Both the position numbers and the translations under genes were made by a program. 60,485 nucleotides of DNA from the NCBI GenBank assembly GCA_964403785.1, contig CAYOHM010000001.1:1-60485 (forward strand), given 5' to 3'. The number at the start of each line of letters is the position of its first letter. Position 1 is the stretch's first letter. Positions 9,840-18,705 of the stretch are shown here, in pieces. Origin of the DNA: an uncultured Alistipes sp. Lineage in GTDB: Bacteria; Bacillota; Clostridia; Lachnospirales; Lachnospiraceae. Below the pieces are notes generated by a model. That model was given only the letters and a program-made list of their open reading frames with translations, made no database searches and was not told where the DNA came from.

Positions 9840-10780
9840 TCCCTATCCCATGCCTCTGTCGGAACTGCAATTTTCCCGATTATTTCCGTGATTATTGTAT
9901 TGCAGTAATTACCCGCATTTCTTCCTGATGTGAGTGAAATTCTATGTGCAAATACCGGAACGGCAAGTGTCTTAATATCCTCAGGTATAACATAACTTCT
10001 TCCCTGAATATACGCATACGCTCTTGCCGCATTCAGCATCGCAAGTGTTCCTCTGGTGCTGACACCTATTGCAACGTTAGGGTTATTTCTTGTACTCTCA
10101 ACGATTCCGGCTATGTATTCAATAAGGTCCCTATGTATGAATACCTTCTTAATGTCCTTCTGAACCTTAATAATCTCCTGTGCATCCATAACCGAAGAAA
10201 GTGTTTCTGCCGGATTGTCTGCCAAAAACCTGTTCATTATCTGTATTTCTTCATCAACAGAAGGAGTTCCCATTGAAATCTTGAGCAGAAATCTGTCAAG
10301 CTGTGCCTGAGGAAGCTGAAAGGTTCCAGCCGTTTCGATTGGATTTTCTGTGGCAATGACAAAAAAAGGATTGTCAAGCGGATAAGTAACACCATCAATC
10401 GTTACCTGCTTTTCCTCCATACACTCAAGCAGACTTGACTGTGTTCTCGGAGTTGCTCTGTTTATCTCATCAGCAAGCAGTATATTGGTAAATACCGGAC
10501 CCTTCTTTAGCTGAAACTCGGAGGACTTCTGGTTATAAATATTAAGTCCCGTGACATCAGCCGGAAGAAGATCCGGAGTAAACTGAATCCTTTTAAAATC
10601 AAGATTTACTGATTTAGCAAGGGATTTGGAAAGCATTGTCTTGCCTGTTCCGGGCACATCCTCCAAAAGAACGTGTCCGCCCGCAGCAAATGCCGTGAGC
10701 ACAAGCTCAATAACATCCGATTTGCCGACGATTACTTTTTGTATATTTGCCTTAATATCCGTTATAGCCGCCATAAACAT
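9836..10780 (-). CDS. MoxR-family AAA+ ATPase
   Basis: Walker A PGTGKTMLSKSLA, RIQFTPDLLPADVTG, and Walker B/sensor LLADEINRATPRTQSSLLECMEE. The start may instead be the ATG at 10774, which has better spacing to GAAAGGG. Confidence 0.9.
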   Translation of the reverse strand: MFMAAITDIKANIQKVIVGKSDVIELVLTAFAAGGHVLLEDVPGTGKTMLSKSLAKSVNLDFKRIQFTPDLLPADVTGLNIYNQKSSEFQLKKGPVFTNILLADEINRATPRTQSSLLECMEEKQVTIDGVTYPLDNPFFVIATENPIETAGTFQLPQAQLDRFLLKISMGTPSVDEEIQIMNRFLADNPAETLSSVMDAQEIIKVQKDIKKVFIHRDLIEYIAGIVESTRNNPNVAIGVSTRGTLAMLNAARAYAYIQGRSYVIPEDIKTLAVPVFAHRISLTSGRNAGNYCNTIITEIIGKIAVPTEAWDRE

Positions 10781-10786
10781 CCCTTT

Positions 10787-11560
10787 CTAGTTACCACATT
10801 CGACACTTATCCTGTTAAATATCTTCATAATTTCTTCCGTATTAAGCGTGCGCTTTTCTTCTCCGGTCTTATCCATAATTACATTGCCCTCATGCATCAT
10901 GACAAGCCTGCTGCCATACTCCACCGCATATCTCAGATTATGAGTGACCATAAGTGTTGTGAGCTTTTTTTCTTTTACTATTTTATCGGTAAGCTGCATT
11001 ATAATCTCCGCTGTTTTAGGGTCAAGCGCAGCCGTATGTTCATCAAGTATCAGAAAATCAATGGGCGTCATCGTTGCCATAAGAAGCGATACTGCCTGAC
11101 GCTGGCCTCCGGAAAGTGCACCGACCCTGACATTTAATTTATCCTCAAGGCCCAAGCCCAGCGGTGCAAGCATTTCTTTATACGCTTCAATCCTTGCCTT
11201 GTTGACACATTGACCAAGCCCATAGGTTTTGCCCTTGTTCTCTGCAATCGCCATATTTTCAAGGATTGTCATGGACGGGCAGGTTCCCCTTGACGGGTCC
11301 TGAAAAACACGTCCTATCTTTTTATGTCTTATGTAATCCTTCTGTCTGGTAATATTATCACCATTGATGACAACATCGCCATCTTCAACATCTATACTTC
11401 CGCATATGACATTAAGAAGCGAGGTCTTACCGGAGCCGTTGCTTCCCACTACGGAAACAAATTCTCCGTCCATAACCTTAAAATTAAAATCCCTGAAAAG
11501 GCACATTTCATTGACAGTGCCCATATTGTAATATTTAGTGACATTTATTAATTCCAGCAT
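10787..11560 (-). CDS. ABC transporter ATP-binding protein of the PF04392-type uncharacterised importer
   Basis: Walker A GSNGSGKTS, signature LSGGQRQ and Walker B FLILDEHTAALD. It overlaps the permease gene by 1 nt. Confidence 0.9.
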   Translation of the reverse strand: MLELINVTKYYNMGTVNEMCLFRDFNFKVMDGEFVSVVGSNGSGKTSLLNVICGSIDVEDGDVVINGDNITRQKDYIRHKKIGRVFQDPSRGTCPSMTILENMAIAENKGKTYGLGQCVNKARIEAYKEMLAPLGLGLEDKLNVRVGALSGGQRQAVSLLMATMTPIDFLILDEHTAALDPKTAEIIMQLTDKIVKEKKLTTLMVTHNLRYAVEYGSRLVMMHEGNVIMDKTGEEKRTLNTEEIMKIFNRISVECGN

Positions 11561-12435
11561 TACTTCACCCTCCTCTTTCTCTCGTTTCCGAGCACGAGAA
11601 TAATAAGGAACAGCACTGCTGTCACAAGCTTTAAATCCCTCGACTCAAGACCTGCACGAATTGCAAGCGCAACGCAGCCCTTGTAGATAAGAGAGCCTAC
11701 AACAACACTTGAAGTAACACTTAACCACGTAACATTCTTAAAAATACTCGTTCCGATAATTACGCTGGCAAGACCTATAACCACTGTACCGGTACCCATC
11801 GAAACATCAAAATATCTCTGCTGCTGTGCAAAAATACAGCCGCTAAGCGTTACAAGACCATTGGCAATGGCAAGTCCCATAATCCTTATCCTTCCCTTAT
11901 CAACACCAAGGGAAGTAACCAGTGTGTCATTATCACCTACGGCACGAAGCATAAAGCCTGCCTTGGTTTTAAGAAAAGCATCCAGAATAAGCTTTGTAAT
12001 GATTGTCAGTACCAAAGTAACAATTACAACTCTGTACTTTGACAGCCCACCCGACAGAATATTATTGACAAAATCATTGTCAAAAATATTCTGTTTCGTG
12101 TATATCGGAAAGTTTGCTTTGCCTGCAATATGAAGATTAACCGTATAAAGCGCTGTCATCATAATAATACCTGACAAAAGGTCCCTGACCTTAAGCTTTA
12201 CATGGATAAGTCCCGTGATAATTCCTACCAAAGCCCCCGATGCAAACGCAATCGGCAGCGTAAGGTACGGATTAACCCCTTTATCTATAAGGACAACTGC
12301 TATTGCAGCTCCCATAGGGAAGCTACCGTCCACCGTAAGATCCGCAAAATCAAGAATTTTATACGTTATGTATACACCCAGAGCCATAATTGCATAAATA
12401 AGGCCCTGTTCAAATACGCTTAGCAAAAGAGTCAT
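11560..12435 (-). CDS. ABC transporter permease
   Basis: 291-aa polytopic protein translationally coupled to the ATPase. It looks like the branched-chain/BMP-type permeases that accompany PF04392 binding proteins. Confidence 0.8.
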   Translation of the reverse strand: MTLLLSVFEQGLIYAIMALGVYITYKILDFADLTVDGSFPMGAAIAVVLIDKGVNPYLTLPIAFASGALVGIITGLIHVKLKVRDLLSGIIMMTALYTVNLHIAGKANFPIYTKQNIFDNDFVNNILSGGLSKYRVVIVTLVLTIITKLILDAFLKTKAGFMLRAVGDNDTLVTSLGVDKGRIRIMGLAIANGLVTLSGCIFAQQQRYFDVSMGTGTVVIGLASVIIGTSIFKNVTWLSVTSSVVVGSLIYKGCVALAIRAGLESRDLKLVTAVLFLIILVLGNERKRRVK

Positions 12436-12456
12436 TTTACACCTCTACACTGTTTA

Positions 12457-13476
12457 TTACTGTGCCGTAATCGTATCAAATTTCTGGTATGCGCTGTTTA
12501 CAAAATCAGAATCAAGCGTGAGAGAAATCTTCTCCGCTGCCGCCGTATTCACATAAAGACTCGGCTCTGAAATTACTTCAAAATTCATTTCTGAAGCCTT
12601 TGCCTCTCCCTTTAATACCTTTGCCGCCATCACACCTGTCTGTTTGCCAAGTTCGTAATACTCCAGACCCATTGATGCAACACAGCCTGCCTTAACCTGC
12701 TCTACTTCACTTCCGAACACAGGAATACCTGCTTCGTTAGCTGCTGCCAGGACTGTCTGAAGTGCAGAAACAACCGTATTATCCGTAAGATTGGTGATAC
12801 AGTCAACCTTGCCCACCATATCCTTAGCTGCAAGCTCTACTTCACTAATCTGGTTGATACCGGTTACCACAATCTCAAAGCCGTAATTTTCTGCATTTGC
12901 CTGATATTCAGCAATCGTAGAAACCGAATTTGTCTCACTTGTTGTGTATATAATGCCAATCTTCTTGGCATCAGGCATAATCTTTCTAATCATTTCAAGC
13001 TGTGCTGTTACCGCTAATGCATCGGATGTACCTGTAATGTTGCCAACCGGAACGCCATCCTCATTTGCAAGACCTGCTGCAACCGGGTCTGACACTGCGG
13101 TATAAATTACAGGGATATCCGTGTTAAGGCATGAATTGTAAGCTGACATTGCCGATGGTGTGGCAATACCGCAAATAAGATCAACCTTCTGTGAAACATA
13201 GCTGTCAGCGATTGTACTTGCCGTAGCAGTGTCCGCCTGTGCATTATCATAAAGCACCTTAAGATTGGTTCCTTCTATGATGCCCTCCTGTGCAAGCCCT
13301 GCAAGAAATCCTTCACGGCAGTTATCAAGAGAACCATGCTCTGCGAACTGTGAAATACCTATGGTATAAGTTACCTCGCCGTTGGATGCAGTACTGTCCG
13401 TACTGCCATTGCAGCCTGCAAGTACACTCATACCCATTGCAGCAGTCATAAAAGCTGCCAAAATTCTTTTTTTCAT
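12457..13476 (-). CDS. ABC transporter substrate-binding lipoprotein (ABC_sub_bind, PF04392-like)
   Basis: Signal peptide plus lipobox MKKRILAAFMTAAMGMSVLAGC. GGAGGA lies 6 nt upstream of the ATG at 13476, so the ORF-track start at 13527 is probably too long. The fold looks periplasmic-binding-like (YTIGISQF..., KIGIIYTTSE). Confidence 0.8.
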   Translation of the reverse strand: MKKRILAAFMTAAMGMSVLAGCNGSTDSTASNGEVTYTIGISQFAEHGSLDNCREGFLAGLAQEGIIEGTNLKVLYDNAQADTATASTIADSYVSQKVDLICGIATPSAMSAYNSCLNTDIPVIYTAVSDPVAAGLANEDGVPVGNITGTSDALAVTAQLEMIRKIMPDAKKIGIIYTTSETNSVSTIAEYQANAENYGFEIVVTGINQISEVELAAKDMVGKVDCITNLTDNTVVSALQTVLAAANEAGIPVFGSEVEQVKAGCVASMGLEYYELGKQTGVMAAKVLKGEAKASEMNFEVISEPSLYVNTAAAEKISLTLDSDFVNSAYQKFDTITAQ

Positions 13477-13577
13477 AATTTCCTCCATAAACTCCTTTAA
13501 AATTTTATCAGGATTTATTATAATCATACTTTGCAGATTATTTCAATCTGTTTTTACTGTGTCTACACATTTTGCAT

Positions 13578-14462
13578 TTATGCTAAATATTCGTCAAATC
13601 TGTCAGTTGTATCGTTCTGGAAAACAACTCCGATAACGCCCGGGCCGGTGTGTGCACCGATTGCGCAGCCTATTCTTCCCTCCAGAATATCCTTAACATT
13701 GTATTTATCCTTAAGCTGCTGCCTGATATTTTCGCAATCCTCCCTGCAGGTTCCGTAACAGCTTGCGATAACCTGCTTATCCAGATTCTTTCCCTTTTCA
13801 CCTACCATTTCAATAAGACGTTTTTGAGCACGTTTCCAGCCGCGGATTCTCTCAACCGCCTGTAAAGAACCATTCTCGTCCACAATGATAATCGGTTTTA
13901 TATCAAGAACCGTTCCGGCAAGGAAGGATGTACGGCTAAGTCTGCCGCCCTTAAATAAATATTCAAGCTCATATACTATGATAACATGCTCCATATGCTC
14001 GCAGAAATAGTTTGCTGCCTCGATAATAAGCTCCTTCGGAGCACCGTTTTTCTGCATTTTAAGAAGTCTTTCCACAACAAGACCATAGCCCAGTGAGGCG
14101 CACTTGGAATCAATTATCGTCATTTTGAAATCAGGATATTTTTCCCTTACCTCCTCATAGGCAAGGTTGGCTGCCTGAAAGGTACCCGCAATTCCGGTGG
14201 AGAAGCATATGTAAAGCACCTCATCTCCCCTTTCGGCATACTTGCTAAAATGCTGTTCAAACATATACTGGCTTATATGATATGTCTTGATATCCTTGTT
14301 CTCAGCCTGAATTTCATAAAATTCATCCGGAAAAATACTCTCACCGTCCAAATAATCCACACCATCAATTGTTACCGGTGTAGGCATCACATAAAGGTTA
14401 TATTCATCTATTACATTCTTTGGTACATCCGACGCCGAATCCGTGATTATAAAAAATGCCAT
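13578..14462 (-). CDS. DegV family fatty-acid-binding protein
   Basis: N-terminus FFIITDSASDVP, then ISQYMFEQHF and SKCASLGYG, at the typical length of about 290 aa. Confidence 0.9.
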   Translation of the reverse strand: MAFFIITDSASDVPKNVIDEYNLYVMPTPVTIDGVDYLDGESIFPDEFYEIQAENKDIKTYHISQYMFEQHFSKYAERGDEVLYICFSTGIAGTFQAANLAYEEVREKYPDFKMTIIDSKCASLGYGLVVERLLKMQKNGAPKELIIEAANYFCEHMEHVIIVYELEYLFKGGRLSRTSFLAGTVLDIKPIIIVDENGSLQAVERIRGWKRAQKRLIEMVGEKGKNLDKQVIASCYGTCREDCENIRQQLKDKYNVKDILEGRIGCAIGAHTGPGVIGVVFQNDTTDRFDEYLA

Positions 14463-14607
14463 CTTAAGCCCCCTGTTATTCTAAATAATCAATTTATTAT
14501 ACCACTATATTATTCATTTGTCTTGAAATTTACAAAAATTTAATACTTTTTTAACCATTATGCTGTTTTCACATATAATGTTAATGAACAATGAAAAAGG
14601 ACTTTTT

Positions 14608-14799
14608 ATGGAAACAAATTGTTCTCATTCTAATTCCATTCCTTACAAACTTAATGAGGACCTTGCCGGCTTTGTTGCGGCTATGGCGTATGTACCGTGG
14701 CAGTATTTTACAAATGTCTATGAACCATGCAAGGGGCTGAGGCGGGGCACAATTTTTCCTGAGCTTGATAAACCTTTTGAAGGGAGATGTGTAAGATGA
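14608..14799 (+). CDS. cotJA: Spore coat-associated protein CotJA
   Basis: MAYVPWQYFTNVYEPCKGLRRGTIFPELDKPF is the CotJA signature. The ATG at 14608 has AAGGA upstream. The start position remains uncertain, since the ORF is open from 14560. Confidence 0.8.
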   Translation: METNCSHSNSIPYKLNEDLAGFVAAMAYVPWQYFTNVYEPCKGLRRGTIFPELDKPFEGRCVR

Positions 14800-15110
14800 A
14801 CAACAGAAACAGATATATGCCGCCCAATATGAACGGATGTGGAATCCAGCCGCAAAACCTCCCTTCAAGGTGCGCACTTTTAAATTCAATTTATGAAATC
14901 GGATTTTCACTTGACGATATGATTCTCTACTTAGATACTCATCCGAAGGATACCTCGGCATTAAACTACTATCACAAGCTTCACAAGGAATATCATGAGC
15001 TTGTAAAGCTGTATACTATAAATTACGGACCTCTGTACGCCAAAGACGTACACAATGAAAAGTATTTCAGCTGGGTTGACAATCCTATGCCTTGGGAAGG
15101 AGATATGTAA
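14796..15110 (+). CDS. cotJB: Spore coat protein CotJB
   Basis: LLNSIYEIGFSLDDMILYLDTHPKDTSALNYYHKLHKEYHELVKLYTINYGPL. It overlaps the cotJA stop. GGGAG lies 9 nt upstream of the ATG at 14796. Confidence 0.85.
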   Translation: MNNRNRYMPPNMNGCGIQPQNLPSRCALLNSIYEIGFSLDDMILYLDTHPKDTSALNYYHKLHKEYHELVKLYTINYGPLYAKDVHNEKYFSWVDNPMPWEGDM

Positions 15111-15112
15111 GT

Positions 15113-15724
15113 ATGTGGCAATATGAAAAAAGATTACAATATCCTGTAAATATCAAAAAATGCGACCCCAATATGGCTGCTCTCATCATAAGCCAGTTTG
15201 GCGGACCTGACGGCGAGTTGTCCGCGTCGATGCGCTATCTCTCGCAAAGATATGCAATGCCATACAAGGAGGTTTCCGGACTTCTTACCGACATCGGTAC
15301 GGAGGAGCTTGCGCATCTTGAAATTATCGGCACTATCATATACCAGCTTACGAGGAATCTCTCTCCTGATGAAATCAAGGCTTCAAATTTTGACGCTTAC
15401 TACGTGGACCACACCACAGGTCTGTGGCCTCAGGCAGCGGGCGGAATTCCAAACAATGCCTGTGAATACCAGTCAAAGGGTGACCCAATCACAGATCTTT
15501 TCGAGGATATGGCAGCAGAGCAGAAGGCACGTTCCACCTATGAAAACCTCCTCAGGCTCATAAAGGACCCGGATGTGGCTGACCCAATTAAATTTTTGCG
15601 TGAACGCGAGGTTGTCCACTTCCAGAGATTTGGTGAAGGACTGAGAATCGTGCAGGATAACCTTAACAGTAAGAACTTCTATGCATTTAACCCTGCTTTT
15701 GATAACACCTGCAGAAATAATTAA
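15113..15724 (+). CDS. cotJC: Spore coat protein CotJC (manganese catalase family)
   Basis: MWQYEKRLQYPVNIKKCDP...FGGPDGELSASMRYLSQRY...EELAHLEIIG closely parallels Bacillus CotJC as I recall it. GGAGA lies 10 nt upstream. Confidence 0.9.
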   Translation: MWQYEKRLQYPVNIKKCDPNMAALIISQFGGPDGELSASMRYLSQRYAMPYKEVSGLLTDIGTEELAHLEIIGTIIYQLTRNLSPDEIKASNFDAYYVDHTTGLWPQAAGGIPNNACEYQSKGDPITDLFEDMAAEQKARSTYENLLRLIKDPDVADPIKFLREREVVHFQRFGEGLRIVQDNLNSKNFYAFNPAFDNTCRNN

Positions 15725-15760
15725 AAAAAGCCTCAGTGCATTACTGCACTGAGGTACTTT
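15724..15760. terminator. Bidirectional rho-independent terminator between the convergent cotJC and transglutaminase-like genes
   Basis: Perfect 10-bp stem CCTCAGTGCA (15731-15740) pairing with TGCACTGAGG (15745-15754). It is flanked by an A-run upstream and a T-rich stretch downstream. Confidence 0.8.
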
Positions 15761-16857
15761 TAGTTATAGGTTATTGAAATGTCATATACTACAAACTCCG
15801 TCTTTTGCAGATAATTGAATGTTGCACTCATTCCTACTTCCGTTTTGTTAAGAATCTCATAAAGGGCATCACCATCCAGAGCCTCCCCGTAATAAAGAAA
15901 TTCTATTTTCTCGGCTTTATTAGCCACCTTTTCTTTTATAAAGTCCTCAAGCTCCTGACGGTTATAAAGCTGTGCCATCCCACTCATCATATAATATGCA
16001 TAAGCTCCGCCCATCGCTTTCGGATAATTATCCTCATCCCAGGTATGGTCAAGCTCCATATCTGCATCCGACACGTTAAAATACTTGTGGGATATACTGC
16101 CGTCACCGCCAACAGGATCATCCCAGGTGACATCCACATGATACCAGATTCCATCCAGGCTTACCATATTCCAGCCATGATTCCCTTCATTTGCGGTTCC
16201 GTTGACCGCTATATTCTCAATTCCAAGCATATCCAGCAGAGTTTTAAAGCTTTCCTGGTACCCACCGCAGTTGGCCTTGCCTTTAATAAGAGCATCATAG
16301 GCGGTTGTTGTGGTATCTGCCGAATCATCATACTCTACATTGGAAACAAGATAATCATGTATTGCGAGCTCATTCTCATAATCGGTGTAAGCCTTGGATG
16401 TACATGAGCCGAGAATATCACAATACTTATCAAACAGCTCAAGCTGTGTGGCGCTTAAAATCGTTGTATCGTTATTTTCAAAGGCAGCAACTATCGGATA
16501 TGAATCCCAATACGAAAGCGTGACTACTACGTTAAATCCACTCTGGGCAATCGTGTACTCAGCCTGTACCGAATTAATTCCGTCATATGCCTTAGTCCAT
16601 GTATCAGGTATAATCATCGCCTCATCCGATACATTAAAATAGCATGTTGTCTTGTTGCTTCTCATTGTTTCAAGGAACATATCTTCTATTTCACTCTCCG
16701 TCCTTACAACGGAGTACATGTCCTCGTTTGTTACCTTGATTGGTTCCGTCGGTGCTTCGTAGCTGTCAGCAATCTCTCTGATTCTGCTGCATCCCCCGAA
16801 CAGCAGGCATACCGAACCCATCGCAGCTATGACCATAAATTTCTTGAATACCTTCAT
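15760..16857 (-). CDS. Transglutaminase-like (papain-fold) domain lipoprotein
   Basis: Lipobox LLFGGCS. The Cys-His-Asp core reads KANCGGYQESF...GNHGWNMV...WYHVDVTWDD. Confidence 0.8.
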   Translation of the reverse strand: MKVFKKFMVIAAMGSVCLLFGGCSRIREIADSYEAPTEPIKVTNEDMYSVVRTESEIEDMFLETMRSNKTTCYFNVSDEAMIIPDTWTKAYDGINSVQAEYTIAQSGFNVVVTLSYWDSYPIVAAFENNDTTILSATQLELFDKYCDILGSCTSKAYTDYENELAIHDYLVSNVEYDDSADTTTTAYDALIKGKANCGGYQESFKTLLDMLGIENIAVNGTANEGNHGWNMVSLDGIWYHVDVTWDDPVGGDGSISHKYFNVSDADMELDHTWDEDNYPKAMGGAYAYYMMSGMAQLYNRQELEDFIKEKVANKAEKIEFLYYGEALDGDALYEILNKTEVGMSATFNYLQKTEFVVYDISITYN

Positions 16858-16944
16858 ATTTCCTCCTATTGGCGAAATTACCAGTTTATTATACCATAAA
16901 ACGCCGCAAAGTAAAGAAATTCACCAAAAATACATAAATATCCC

Positions 16945-18642
16945 TCAGCTTCCCGCAAGAACCAGAAAGGTATTTATAAGGTCCAGCTTGCCATATCCCC
17001 ACTCCCTGTTTGGATATGAAAGATTTTTGTCGCGTCTTGCTCCGATTTTCAGAAGCGCCTTTATATCGGATGTATTAAAAATCGAATACTGTGAATTTCT
17101 GTTGCGCCATTCAAACATTAACGCTGCGGCTCCGGCAACATGCGCTGCGGCAATACTGGTCCCGCTTCTTCGTGTATAAAGATTATGCCCCGCACCGGCA
17201 ACAGGACCATAAATATCAACTCCCGGTGCTGCTATATCCGGCTTTACCATATTATTAGCAGTATTTCCCCTGCCCGAATTAATCCATATGGAGTTATTCC
17301 TGTAATCATAGGCTGTTGTTGTGATTACATACCCTGAAGCTGACGGCATAAGCAGCGTGGTATATGGTGAAGAATTAAGAAAATATACCTCATTATCCAA
17401 AAATGTATCTATCGGCAGCCACATATTATAATATCCTGCAAGCGAATTGTCATCATAAACCCTTATCCTCCAAACTCCCGCAGTAGGATTTTTAAACCTC
17501 AGGCTTATAACCTGCCCTCCGTCCATGGTTTCTATAAGTTTGTGGTAGTAATAGATAATTGTATTTTCCAAAATAAAGCTTATATTGCGTGAATACATAT
17601 AGCTTGCCGGTATTCTGGATATTTTTTCTCCTGAAGGTGATATTATTTCAACAGAGAAAATATCCGGCTGCTGTCCCCACAGCTCGAGTGAAAAACCGCT
17701 TACCCTGGTTCCCACAACCAGTTCAACCGTTTCAAAGTTTTCCCCGTCTGCTATCTTACCCTGGAAATGGTGCCGTGAGCTGCCCTCATTGCCGATAGCT
17801 GCCGTTACGGCTGTATTCGCCATATTTGCCGCCTGTGAAAGATACTGTGACAAAACGCTTCCGCCGGTATGCGGTCCCATGGAGCTTCCCATACCAAAAT
17901 TAATCACAAGAGGCATATTAAATTCAGCCGCCTTACGTGTAAGGTAGCTGATTCCAAGCATTATATCACTCTCACTGTATGCAATGGCTGCCTCCTGCAC
18001 CTGATGAAAAGCCTTAAGCGCCTTCTTCGCCTGTCTGAGCTTAACCGCAATTATACTGCTTTGCGGTGCAGCACCGGCAAATGAATCGTTGGTCCTGCTT
18101 CCCGCAGCAATTCCTGCCACAAAGGTCCCATGTCCTATGTCATCCCTTTGAGGTACAATTTCGTATGGATTTTGTGAGCGTATAGCCTGGTTAATTTGAG
18201 CACGGTCATATTCAATGCCATAATCAAAGCCCGTCGGTGCTCCTTCTCCCTGTGCACTCTGGTCCCATATCGACAAAAGCCTTGTATTTCCCAATTCATC
18301 CAGAAACGCTTCATGAAGATAATCAATTCCGGTATCTACAAAACCAATCAGCACTCCACGTCCCTTAAGACTTAATGCACTTTGATTCTGCACCTTTAAT
18401 ATTCCCGACTCCGCCATGCTTTCCTGATCCATTAAACCATAGAGCTTGGGAATCGTATAATACCCATAGGTACCATAATTTAATGGAGGAATGTCATTGA
18501 TATTCAGATAAAGCACCGCCCAGTTTTCATCCACCTTCTGATAGCAAATGTCACTATATTGTTCAAGAAAATTGACACTCCCTCGATAACGCAGCAGAAT
18601 ATCTATATATTCCTGAGACGCAATATTATCCCCGCAGGACAT
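16945..18642 (-). CDS. S8 subtilisin-like serine peptidase, candidate Csp-type germination protease
   Basis: Intact triad motifs GFVDTGIDYLH (Asp), GHGTFVAGIAAG (His) and SGTSIAAAHVAGAAALM (Ser). The 565-aa length and the N-terminal YIDILLRYRG...WAVLY prodomain-like segment resemble clostridial Csp proteases. The Csp assignment is tentative. Confidence 0.8.
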   Translation of the reverse strand: MSCGDNIASQEYIDILLRYRGSVNFLEQYSDICYQKVDENWAVLYLNINDIPPLNYGTYGYYTIPKLYGLMDQESMAESGILKVQNQSALSLKGRGVLIGFVDTGIDYLHEAFLDELGNTRLLSIWDQSAQGEGAPTGFDYGIEYDRAQINQAIRSQNPYEIVPQRDDIGHGTFVAGIAAGSRTNDSFAGAAPQSSIIAVKLRQAKKALKAFHQVQEAAIAYSESDIMLGISYLTRKAAEFNMPLVINFGMGSSMGPHTGGSVLSQYLSQAANMANTAVTAAIGNEGSSRHHFQGKIADGENFETVELVVGTRVSGFSLELWGQQPDIFSVEIISPSGEKISRIPASYMYSRNISFILENTIIYYYHKLIETMDGGQVISLRFKNPTAGVWRIRVYDDNSLAGYYNMWLPIDTFLDNEVYFLNSSPYTTLLMPSASGYVITTTAYDYRNNSIWINSGRGNTANNMVKPDIAAPGVDIYGPVAGAGHNLYTRRSGTSIAAAHVAGAAALMFEWRNRNSQYSIFNTSDIKALLKIGARRDKNLSYPNREWGYGKLDLINTFLVLAGS

Positions 18643-18705
18643 ATATTAAAACATCCTTTAACCTTCTTTAGTTCATTTTATTCATATATATGCCGCATTA
18701 GAAGT

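Noticed and set aside
13534-13550. Hairpin CAGATT-ATTTCA-AATCTG followed by TTTTT on the plus strand
   Set aside because: The stem is only 6 bp. The T-run is on the strand that has no upstream gene, and on the minus strand no U-tract follows. It is probably fortuitous in AT-rich spacer.
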